Translations under genes and position numbers: made by a program
Notes under the pieces: generated by a model
Told to the model about the DNA's origin: nothing
The model's database searches: none
Seen by the model: only the letters and a program-made list of their open reading frames with translations
Part shown: piece after piece, positions 53,201 through 64,000 of the stretch
Numbering within the stretch: position 1 is the stretch's first letter
Layout: every line of letters begins with the position of its first letter
Source: Eledone cirrhosa
Lineage: Eukaryota
Assembly (NCBI GenBank): GCA_964016885.1
Contig: OZ024759.1
Location: 2,604,001 to 2,668,000, forward strand
DNA length: 64,000 bases
Reading direction: 5' to 3'

Positions 53201-56200
53201 TTCTCACTATTGAAGTTAGAAAGAGGTTAAAGTTCAGTTTCACCCATGTTTCTACCTCCTCACTATTTGAGGTAACAAAGAGGTTAAAGTTCTGTTTCAC
53301 CCATGTTTCTCCCTCCTCACTAGTTGAGGTAACAAAGAGGTTAAAGTTCTGTTTCACCCATGTTTCTCCCTCCTTACTGGTTGAGGTAACAAAGAGGTTA
53401 AAGTTCTGTTTCACCCATGTTTCTCCCTCCTTACTGGTTGAGGTAACAAAGAGGTTAAAGTTCTGTTTCACCCATGTTTCTACCTCCTGACAACTGAGGC
53501 AACAAAGAGGTTAAAGTTCTATTTCACCCATGTTTGTACCTCCTCACAGGATGAGGTAACAAAGAGGTTAAAGTTATGTTTCCCCCATGTTTCTACCTCC
53601 TCACTATTTGATGTAACGAAGAGCTTAAAGTTCTGTTTCACCCATGTTTCTCCCCACTCACTAGTTGAGGTAACAAAGAGGTTTAAGTTCTGTTTCACCC
53701 ATGTTTCTCCCTCCTCACTAGTTGAGGTAACAAAGAGGTTAAAGTTCTGTTTCACCCATGTTTCTCCCTCCTTACTAGTTGAGGTAACAAAGAGGTGAAA
53801 GTTCTGTTTCACCCATGTTTCTACCTCCTCACTAGTTGAGGTAACAAAGAGGTTAAAGTTCTGTTACACCCATGTTTCTCCCTCCTCACTAGTTGAGGTA
53901 ACAAAGAGATTAAAGTTCTGTTTCCCCCATGTTTCTACCTCCTCACTATTTGAGGTAACAAAGAGGTTAAAGTTCTGTTTCACCCATGTTTCTCCCTCCT
54001 CACTAGTTGAGGTAACAAAGAGGTTAAAGTTCTGTTTCACCCATGTTTCTCCCTCCTTACTGGTTGAGGTAACAAAGAGGTTAAAGTTCTGTTTCACCCA
54101 TGTTTCTCCCTCCTTACTGGTTGAGGTAACAAAGAGGTTAAAGTTCTGTTTCACCCATGTTTCTCCCTCCTCAGTAGTTGAGGTAACAAAGAGGTTAAAG
54201 TTCTGTTTCACCCATGTTTCTCCCTCCTCACTAGTTGAGGTAACAAAGAGGTTAAAGTTCTGTTTCACCCATGTTTCTACCTCCTCACTATTTGAGGTAA
54301 CAAAAGGTTAAAATTCTGATTCACCCATGTTTCTCTCTCCTCACTAGTTGAGGTAACAAGGAGGTTAAAGTTCTGTTTCACCCATGTTTCTCCCTCCTCA
54401 CTAGTTGAGGTAACAAAGAGGTTAAAGTTCTGTTTCACACAGCTTTCTACCTCCTCACTATTTGAGGTAACAAATAGGTTAAATTTTTGTTTCACCCATG
54501 TTTCTACCCCTTACTAGTTGAGGTAACAAAGTGGTTAAAGTTCTGTTTCACCCATGTTTCTCTCTCCTCACTAGTTGAGGTAACAAGGAGGTTAAAGTTC
54601 TGTTTCACCCATGTTTCTACCTCCTGACAACTGAGGTAACAAACAGGTTAAAGTTCTGTTTCACCCATGTTTCTACTTCCTCACTAGTTGAGGTAACAAA
54701 TAGGTTAAATTTTTGTTTCACCCATGTTTCTACCCCTTACTAGTTGAGGTAACAAAGTGGTTAAAGTTCTGTTTCACCCATGTTTCTCCCTCCTCACTAG
54801 TTTAGGTAACAAAGAGGTTAAGTTCTGTTTCACCCTTGTTTCTACCTCCTCACTAGTTTAGGTAACAAAGAGGTTAAAGTTCTGTTTCACCCATGTTTCT
54901 ACCTCCTCACTAGTTGAGGTAACAAAGAGGTTAAAGTTCTGTTTCACCCATGTTTCTCCCTCCTCACTAGTTGAGGTAACAAAGAGGTTAAAGTTCTGTT
55001 CCACATATGTTTCTACCTCCTCACTAGTTGAGGTAACAAAGAGGTTAAAGTTCTGTTTCACCCATGTTTCTACCTCCTCACTAGTTGTGGTAACAAAGAG
55101 CTTAAAGTTCTGTTTCAACCATGTTTCTACCTCCTCACTAGTTGAGGTAACAAAGAGGTTAAAGTTCTGTTTCACCCATCTTTCTACCCCTTACTATTTG
55201 AGGTAACAAAAAGGTTAAAGTTCTGTTTCACCCATGTTTCTCCCTCCTCATTATTTGAGGTAACAAAGAGGTTAAAGTTCTGTTTCCCCCATGTTTCTAC
55301 CCCTTACTAGTTGAGGTAACAAAGAGGTTAAAGTTCTGTTTCACCCATGTTTCTACCTCCTCACTAGGTGAGGTAACAAAGAGGTGAAAGTTCTGTTTCA
55401 CCCATGTTTCTACTTTCTCACTATTTGAGGTTAGAAAGAGGTTAAAGTTTAGTTTCACCTATGTTTCTCCCTCCTCACTAGTTGAGGTAACAAAGAGGTT
55501 AAAGTTCTGTTTCACCCATGTTTCTACCTCCTGACAACTGAGGCAACAAAGAGGTTAAAGTTCTGTTTCACCCATGTTTCTACCTCCTCACAGGTTGAGG
55601 TAACAAAGAGGTTAAAGTTCTGTTTCCCTCATGTTTCTACCTCCTCACTATTTGATGTAACGAAGAGCTTAAAGTTCTGTTTCACCCATGTTTTTCCCTC
55701 CTCACTAGTTGAGGTAACAAAGAGGTTAAAGTTCTGTTTCACCCATGTTTCTCCCTCCTCACTAGTTGAGGTAACAAAGACGTTAAAGTTATGTTTCACC
55801 CATGTTTCTCCCCCCTCACTAGTTGAGGTAACAAAGAGGTTAAAGTTCTGTTTCACCCATGTTTCTACCTTCTCACTATTTGAAGTTACAAAGAGGTTAA
55901 AGTTCTGTTTCACCCATGTTTCTCCCTCTTCACTAATTGAGGTAACAAAGAGGTTAAAGTTCTGTTTCACCCATGTTCCTCCCTCCTCACTAGTTGAGGT
56001 AACAAAGAGGTTAAAGTTCTGTTTCACCCACGTTTCTCCCTCCTCACTAGTAGAGGTAACAAAGAGGTTAAAATTCTGTTTCACCCATGTTTCTACCTCC
56101 TCACTAGTTGAGGTAACAAAGAGGTTAAAATTCTGTTTCACCCATGTTTCTCCCTCCTCACTCGTTGGGGTAACAAAGAGGTTAAAGTTCTGTTTCACCC

Positions 56201-59200
56201 ATGTTTCTCCCTCCTCACTAGTTGAGGTAACAAAGAGGTTAAAGTTCTGTTTCACACAGCTTTCTACCTCCTCACTATTTGAAGTAACAAAGAGGTTAAA
56301 GTTCTGTTTCACCCATGTTTCTACCTCCTGACAACTGAGGTAACAAAGAGGTTAAAGTTCTGTTTCACCCATGTTTCTACCTCCTCACTAGTTGAGGTAA
56401 CAAAGAGGTTAAAGTTCTGTTTCACCCATGTTTCTCCCTCCTCACTAGTTGAGGTAACAAAGAGGTTTAAGTTCTGTTTCACCCATGTTTCTCCCTCCTC
56501 AGTAGTTGAGGTAACAAAGAGGTTTAAGTTCTGTTTCACCCATGTTTCTCCCTCCTCACTAGTTGAGGTAACAAAGAGGTTAAAATTCTGTTTCACCCAT
56601 GTTTCTCTCTCATCACTAGTTGAGGTAACAAAGAGGTTAAAGTTCTGTTTCACCGATGTTTCTGCCTCCTCACTAGTTGAGGTAACAAAGAGGTTAAAGT
56701 TCTGTTTCACCCATGTTTCTACCTCCTCACTATTTGAGGTAACAAAAGGTTAAAATTCTGATTCACCCATGTTTCTCCCTCCTCACTAGTTGAGGTAACA
56801 AAGAGGTTAAAGTTCTGTTTCACCCATGTTTCTACCTTCTCACTATTTGAAGTTACAAAGAGGTTAAAATTCTGTTTCACCCATGTTTCTCCCTCATCAC
56901 TAGTTGAGGTAACAAAGAGGTTTAAGTTCTGTTTCACCCATGTTTCTCCCTCCTCACTAGTTGAGGTAACAAAGAGGTTAAAATTCTGTTTCACCCATGT
57001 TTCTCTCTCATCACTAGTTGAGGTAACAAAGAGGTTAAAGTTCTGTTTCACCGATGTTTCTGCCTCCTCACTAGTTGAGGTAACAAAGAGGTTAAAGTTC
57101 TGTTTCACCCATGTTTCTCCCTCCTCAGTAGTTGAGGTAACAAAGAGGTTTAAGTTCTGTTTCACCCATGTTTCTCCCTCCTCACTAGTTGAGGTAACAA
57201 AGAGGTTAAAGTTCTGTTTCACCCATGTTTCTACCTCCTCACTAGTTGAGGTAACAAGGAGGTTAAAATTCTGTTTCACCCATGTTTCTCCCTCATCACT
57301 AGTTGAGGTAACAAAGAGGTTAAAGTTCTGTTTCACCGATGTTTCTGCCTCCTCACTAGTTGAGGTAACAAAGAGGTTAAAGTTCTGTTTCACCCATGTT
57401 TCTACCTCCTCACTATTTGAGGTAACAAAAGGTTAAAATTCTGATTCACCCATGTTTCTCCCTCCTCACTAGTTGAGGTAACAAAGAGGTTAAAGTTCTG
57501 TTTCACCCATGTTTCTCCCTCCTCACTAGTTGAGGTAACAAAGAGGTTAAAGTTCTGTTTCACCCATGTTTCTACCTCCTCACTATTTGAGGTAACAAAG
57601 AGGTTAAAGTTCTGTTTCACCCATGTTTCTACCTCCTGACAACTGAGGTAACAAAGAGGTTAAAGTTCTGTTTCACCCATGCTTCTACTTCCGCACTAGT
57701 TGAGGTAACAAATAGGTTAAATTTTTGTTTCACCCATGTTTCTACCCCTTACTAGTTGAGGTAACAAAGAGGTTAATGTTCTGTTTCACCCATGTTTCTC
57801 CCTCTTCACTAGTTTAGGTAACAAAGAGGTTAAAGTTCTGTTTCACCCTTGTTTCTACCTCCTCACTAGTTGAGGTAACAAAGAGGTTAAAGTTCTGTTT
57901 CACCCATGTTTCTACCTCCTCACTAGGTGAGGTAACAAAGAGGTTAAAGTTCTGTTTCACCCATGTTTCTACTTTCTCACTATTTGAGGTTAGAAAGAGG
58001 TTAAAGTTCAGTTTCACCCATGTTTCTCCCTCCTCACTAGTTGAGGTAACAAAGAGGTTAAAGTTCTGTTTCACCCATGTTTCTACCTCCTGACAACTGA
58101 GGCAACAAAGAGGTTAAAGTTCTGTTTCACCCATGTTTCTACCTCCTCACAGGTTGAGGTAACAAAGAGGTTAAAGTTCTGTTTCCCTCATGTTTCTACC
58201 TCCTCACTATTTGAGGTAACGAAGAGCTTAAAGTTCTGTTTCACCCATGTTTTTCCCTCCTCACTAGTTGAGGTAACAAAGAGGTTAAAGTTCTGTTTCA
58301 CCCATGTTTCTCCCTCCTTACTAGTTGAGGTAACAAAGAGGTGAAAGTTCTGTTTCACCCATGTTTCTCCCTCCTCACTAGTTGAGGTAACAAAGACGTT
58401 AAAGTTCTGTTTCACCCATGTTTCTACTTCCTCACTAGTTGAGGTAACAAAGAGGTTAAAGTTCTGTTTCACCCATGTTTCTACCTTCTCACTATTTGAA
58501 GTTACAAAGAGGTTAAAGTTCTGTTTCACCCATGTTTCTCCCTCTTCACTAATTGAGGTAACAAAGAGGTTAAAGTTCTGTTTCACCCATGTTCCTCCCT
58601 CCTCACTAGTTGAGGTAACAAAGAGGTTAAAGTTCTGTTTCACCCATGTTTCTCCCTCCTCACTAGTTGAGGTAACAAAGAGGTTAAAATTCTGTTTCAC
58701 CCATGTTTCTACCTCCTCACTAGTTGAGGTAATAAAGAGGTTAAAATTCTGTTGCACCCATGTTTCTCCCTCCTCACTCGTTGGGGTAATAAAGAGGTTA
58801 AAGTTCTGTTTCACCCATGTTTCTCCCTCCTCACTAGTTGAGGTAACAAAGAGGTTAAAGTTCTGTTTCACACAGCTTTCTACCTCCTCACTATTTGAGG
58901 TAACAAAGAGGTTAAAGTTCTGTTTCACCCATGTTTCTACCTCCTGACAACTGAGGTAACAAAGAGGTTAAAGTTCTGTTTCACCCATGTTTCTACCTCC
59001 TCACTAGTTGAGGTAACAAAGAGGTTAAAGTTCTGTTTCACCCATGTTACTCCATCCTCACTAGTTGAGGTAACAAAGAGGTTTAAGTTCTGTTTCACCC
59101 ATATTTCTCCCTCCTCAGTAGTTGAGGTAACAAAGAGGTTAAAGTTCTGTTTCACCCATGTTTCTACTTTCTCACTATTTGAGGTTAGAAAGAGGTTAAA

Positions 59201-61549
59201 GTTCAGTTTTACCCATGTTTCTCCCTCCTCACTAGTTGAGGTAACAAAGAGGTTAAAGTTCTGTTTCACCCATGTTTCTACCTCCTGACAACTGAGGCAA
59301 CAAAGAGGTTAACGTTCTGTTTCACCCATGTTTCTACCTCCTCACAGTTTGAGGTAACAAAGAGGTTAAAGTTCTGTTTCCCTCATGTTTCTACCTCCTC
59401 ACTATTTGAGGTAACGAAGAGCTTAAAGTTCTGTTTCACCCATGTTTTTCCCTCCTCACTAGTTGAGGTAACAAAGAGGTTAAAGTTCTGTTTCACCCAT
59501 GTTTCTCCCTCCTCACTAGTTGAGGTAACAAAGAGGTTTAAGTTCTGTTTCACCCATGTTTCTCGCTCCTCAGTAGTTGAGGTAACAAAGAGGTTTAAGT
59601 TCTGTTTCACCCATGTTTCTCCCTCCTCACTAGTTGAGGTAACAAAGAGGTTAAAGTTCTGTTTCACCCATGTTTCTACCTCCTCACTAGTTGAGGTAAC
59701 AAGGAGGTTAAAATTCTGTTTCACCCATGTTTCTCCCTCATCACTAGTTGAGGTAACAAAGAGGTTAAAGTTCTGTTTCACCGATGTTTCTGCCTCCTCA
59801 CTAGTTGAGGTAACAAAGAGGTTAAAGTTCTGTTTCACCCATGTTTCTACCTCCTCACTATTTGAGGTAACAAAAGGTTAAAATTCTGATGCACCCATGT
59901 TTCTCCCTCCTCACTAGTTGAGGTAACAAAGAGGTTAAAGTTCTGTTTCACCCATGTTTCTACCTCCTCACTATTTGAGGTAACAAAGAGTTTAAAGTTC
60001 TGTTTCACCCATGTTTCTACCTCCTGACAACTGAGGTAACAAAGAGGTTAAAGTTCTGTTTCACCCATGTTTCTACTTCCTCACTAGTTGAGGTAACAAA
60101 TAGGTTAAATTTTTGTTTCACCCATATTTCTACCCCTTACTAGTTTAGGTAACAAAGAGGTTAAAGTTCTGTTTCACCCTTGTTTCTACCTCCTCACTAG
60201 TTGAGGTAACAAAGAGGTTAAAGTTCTGTTTCACCCATGTTTCTACTTTCTCACTAATTGAGGTTAGAAAGAGGTTAAAGTTCAGTTTCACCCATGTTTC
60301 TCCCTCCTCAGTAGTTGAGGTAACAAAGAGGTTTAAGTTCTGTTTCACCCATGTTTCTCCCTCCTCACTAGTTGAGGTAACAAAGAGGTTAAAATTCTGT
60401 TTCACCCATGTTTCTCTCTCATCACTAGTTGAGGTAACAAAGAGGTTAAAGTTCTGTTTCACCGATGTTTCTGCCTCCTCACTAGTTGAGGTAACAAAGA
60501 GGTTAAAGTTCTGTTTCACCCATGTTTCTACCTCCTCACTATTTGAGGTAACAAAAGGTTAAAGTTCTGTTTCACCCATGTTTCTCCCTTCTTACTAGTT
60601 GAGGTAACAAAGAGGTGAAAGTTCTGTTTCACCCATGTTTCTCCCTCCTCAATAGTTGAGGTAACAAAGACGTTAAAGTTCTGTTTCACCCATGTTTCTC
60701 CCCCCTCACTAGTTGAGGTAACAAAGAGGTTAAAGTTCTGTTTCACCCATGTTTCTACCTTCTCACTATTTGAAGTTACAAAGAAGTTAAAGTTCTGTTT
60801 CACCCATGTTTCTCCCTCTTCACTAATTGAGGTAACAAAGAGGTTAAAGTTCTGTTTCACCCATGTTCCTCCCTCCTCACTAGTTGAGGTAACAAAGAGG
60901 TTAAAGTTCTGTTTCACCCATGTTTCTCCCTCCTCACTAGTTGAGGTAACAAAGAGGTTAAAATTCTGTTTCACCCATGTTTCTACCTCCTCACTAGTTG
61001 AGGTAACAAAGAGGTTAAAATTCTGTTTCACCCATGTTTCTCCCTCCTCACTCGTTGGGGTAACAAAGAGGTTAAAGTTCTGTTTCACCCATGTTTCTCC
61101 CTCCTCACTAGTTGAGGTAACAAAGAGGTTAAAGTTCTGTTTCACACAGCTTTCTACCTCCTCACTATTTGAGGTAACAAAGAGGTTAAAGTTCTGTTTC
61201 ACCCATGTTTCTACCTCCTGACAACTGAGGTAACAAAGAGGTTAAAGTTCTGTTTCACCCATGTTTCTACCTCCTCACTAGTTGAGGTAACAAAGAGGTT
61301 AAAGTTCTGCTTCACCCATGTTACTCCCTCCTCACTAGTTGAGCTAACAATGAGGTTTAAGTTCTGTTTCACCCATGTTTCTCCCTCCTCAGTAGTTGAG
61401 GTAACAAAGAGGTTAAAGTTCTGTTTCACCCATGTTTCTACCTCCTCACTATTTGAGGTAACAAAGAGGTTAAAGTTCTGTTTCACCCATGTTTCTACCT
61501 CCTGACAACTGAGATAACAAAGAGGTTAAATTTCTGTTTCACCCATGTT

Positions 61550-64000
61550 TCTACTTCCTCACTAGTTGAGGTAACAAATAGGTTAAATTTTTGTTTCACC
61601 CATGTTTCTACCCCTTACTAGTTGAGGTAACAAAGAGGTTAAAGTTCTGTTTCACCCATGTTTCTCCCTCCTCACTAGTTGAGGTAACAAAGAGGTTAAA
61701 GTTCTGTTTCACCCATGTTTCTCCCTCCTCACTAGTTGAGGTAACAAAGAGGTTAAAGTTCTGTTTCACCCATGTTTCTACCACCTCACTATTTGAGGTA
61801 ACAAAGAGGTTAAAGTTCTGTTTCACCCATGTTTCTCCCTCCTCGCTAGTTGAGGTAACAAAGAGGTTAAAGTTCTGTTTCACCCATGTTTCTCCCTCCT
61901 CACTAGTTGAGGTAACAAAGAGGTTAAAGTTCTGTTTCACCCATCTTTCTACCCCTTACTATTTGAGGTAACAAAGAGGTTAAAGTTCTGTTTCACCCAT
62001 GTTACTCCCTCCTCACTAGTTGAGGTAACAAAGAGGTTAAAGTTCTGTTTCACCCATGTTTCTCCCTCCTCGCTAGTTGAGGTAACAAAGAGGTTAAATT
62101 TCTGTTTCACCCATGTTTCTACCTCCTCACTAGTTGAGGTATCAAAGAGGTTAAAGTTCTGTTTCACCCATCTTTCTACCCCTTACTATTTGAGGTAACA
62201 AAGAGGTTAAAGTTCTGTTTCACCCATGTTACTCCCTCCTCACTAGTTGAGGTAACAAAGAGGTTAAAGTTCTGTTTCACCCATGTTTCTCCCTCCTCAC
62301 TAATTGAGGTAACAAAGAGGTTAAAGTTCTGTTTCACCCATGTTTCTACCTCCTCACTATTTGAGGTAACAAAGAGGTTAAAGTTCTGTTTCACCCATGT
62401 TTCTCCACCCCTTACTAGTTGAGGTAACAAAGAGGTTTCTCACTCCATGCTTCTCCCTCCTTACTAGTTGAGGTAACAAAGAGGTTAAAGTTCTGTTTCA
62501 CCCATGTTTCTCCCCCCTCACTAGTTGAGGTAAGAAAGAGGTTAAAGTTCTGTTTCACCCATGTTTCTCCCTCATCACTAGTTGAGGTAACAAAGAGGTT
62601 AAAGTTCTGTTTCACCCATGTTTCTCCCTCCTCACTAGTTGAGGTAACAAAGAGGTTAAAGTTCTGTTTCACCCATGTTTCTCCTTCCTCACTAGTTGAG
62701 GTAACAAAGAGGTTAAAGTTCTGTTTCACCCATGTTTCTCCCTCCTCACTAGTTGAGGTAACAAAGAGGTTAAAGTTCTATTTCACCCATGTTTCTCCCT
62801 CCTCACTAGTTGAGGTAACAAAGAGGTTAAAGTTCTATTTCACCCATGTTTCTCTCGCCTTACTAGTTGGGGTAACAAAGAGGTTAATGTTCTGTTTCAC
62901 CCATGTTTCTCCCTCCTCACTAGTTTAGGTAACAAAGAGGTTAAAGTTCTGTTTCACCCATGTTTCTACCTCCCCACTAGTTGAGGTAACAAAGAGGTTA
63001 AAGTTCTATTTCACCCATGTTTCTCTCTCCTTACTAGTTGGGGTAACAAAGAGGTTAATGTTCTGTTTCACCCATGTTTCTCCCTCCTCACTAGTTTAGG
63101 TAACAAAGAGGTTAAAGTTCTGTTTCACCCATCTTTCTTCCTCCACACCAGTTGAGGTAACAAAGAGGTTTCTCACTCCATGCTTCTCCCTCCTTACTAG
63201 TTGAGGTAACAAAGAGGTTAAAGTTCTGTTTCACCCATGTTGCTCCCCCCTCACTAGTTGAGGTAACAAAGAGGTTAAAGTTCTGATTCACCCATGTTTC
63301 TCCCCCCTCACTAGTTGAGGTAACAAAGAGGTTAAAGTTCTGTTTCACCCATGTTTCTCCCTCATCACTAGTTGAGGTAAAAAAGAGGTTAAAGATCTGT
63401 TTCACCCATGTTTCTCCCTCCTCCCTAGTTTAGGTAACAAAGAGGTTAAAGTTCTGTTTCAGCCATGTTTCTCCCTCCTCACTAGTTGAGGTAACAAATA
63501 GGTTCAAGTTCTGTTTCACCCATGTTTCTCCCTCCTCACTAGTTGAGGTAACAAAGAGGTTAAAGTTCTGTTTCACCCATGTTTCTCCCTCCTCACTAGT
63601 TGAGGTAACAAAGAGGTTAAAGTTCTGTTTCACCAATGTTTCTCCCTCCTCGCTAGTTGAGGTAACAAAGAGGTTAAAGTTCTGTTTTACCCATGTTTCT
63701 CCCTCCTCACTAGTTGAGGTAACAAAGAGGTTAAAGTTCTATTTAACCCATGTTTCTCCCTCCTTACTAGTTGAGGTAACAAAGAGGTTAAAGTTCTGTT
63801 TCACCCATGTTTCTCCCTCCTCACTAGTTTAGGTAACAAAGAGGTTAAAGTTCTGTTTCAGACATGTTTCTACCTCCTCACTAGTTGAGGTAGCAAAGAG
63901 GTTAAAGTTCTGTTTCACCCATGTTTCTACCTCCTCACTAGTTGAGGTAACAAAGAGGTTAAAGTTCTGTTTCACCCAGGTTTCTCCCTCCTTACTAGTT
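61550..64000. repeat. Sub-domain D: no long higher-order repeat, private variants, two 49-bp deleted monomers
   Basis: Domain C markers stop after about 61515. The deleted monomers are at 62421-62469 and 63154-63202. Singleton variants include CCACACCAG, AAGATCTG and CAGACATG. Confidence 0.7.

Larger units (their letters stand above)
35050..61550. repeat. Sub-domain C of the satellite (mosaic of recurring monomer cassettes)
   Basis: Diagnostic variants are CCTGACAACTGAGG, GTAACGAAGAGCTT, CACACAGCTTTC, CACTCGTTGGGG, CTTTCTCACTATTTGAGGTTAGAA and CACAGGTTG. Later additions are TTACTGGTTG (from about 51.6 kb) and CCGATGTTTCTGCC (from about 56.6 kb). Confidence 0.85.
1..64000. repeat. 57-bp tandem satellite array, about 1,120 head-to-tail monomers, continuing past both window edges
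   Basis: GAGGTAACAAAGAGGTTAAAGTTCTGTTTCACCCATG recurs every 57 bp (occasionally 56 or 58) from start to end. An exact consensus monomer lies at 4748-4804. The ORF track shows a 19-aa period throughout. I saw no inversion or foreign insert. The consensus contains an SpeI site (ACTAGT). Confidence 0.99.

Noticed and set aside
446-63636. All ORF-track entries as protein-coding genes
   Set aside because: They are pure 19-aa repeat translations with no unique N- or C-terminal domain. Their starts and ends are set by random indels and stops, and they overlap on both strands.
1-64000. CRISPR array (conserved ~37-bp part plus variable ~20-bp part)
   Set aside because: The variable part consists of point variants of one sequence, not unique spacers. 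There is no leader and no cas gene.
1-64000. Rolling-circle or DRT2-type concatemeric cDNA encoding a never-ending ORF, or a sequencing concatemer artefact
   Set aside because: Variants are inherited in nested kb-scale duplications and regional domains, which indicates long-term genomic evolution rather than repeated copying of one template. No reverse transcriptase gene is present.
1-64000. Alpha-satellite homology or CENP-B box, suggested by 3 x 57 = 171 bp
   Set aside because: I recognise no sequence similarity, the consensus lacks the CpGs of a CENP-B box, and there is no trimer periodicity.
1-64000. Telomeric repeat, rDNA/tRNA array or transposon termini
   Set aside because: There are no TTAGGG-type short repeats, RNA-gene motifs, terminal inverted repeats or target-site duplications.

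Overview
The whole 64-kb window is one uninterrupted, single-orientation tandem array of a 57-bp monomer (about 1,120 copies). The consensus is CTAGTTGAGGTAACAAAGAGGTTAAAGTTCTGTTTCACCCATGTTTCT[A/C]CCTCCTCA, about 40-42% GC, with no CpG, and the array runs off both ends. I see no genes, RNA genes, transposons, CRISPR spacers or unique sequence. All listed ORFs arise because 57 is divisible by 3 and one frame per strand has no stop; they are broken by propagated frameshifts, so I treat them as non-coding. The most likely identity is a eukaryotic satellite DNA; the host and any centromeric role cannot be determined from the sequence. The real structure is internal: four successive sub-domains with their own diagnostic variant monomers, local higher-order duplications of about 67, 45, 27, 17 and 33 monomers, out-of-place variant patches, and an imperfect dyad in the monomer. 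The monomer also carries several suggestive motifs (an initiation-context 6-codon mini-ORF, let-7 seed matches, splice-like signals), which I report as hypotheses only. I found no new multi-gene system.
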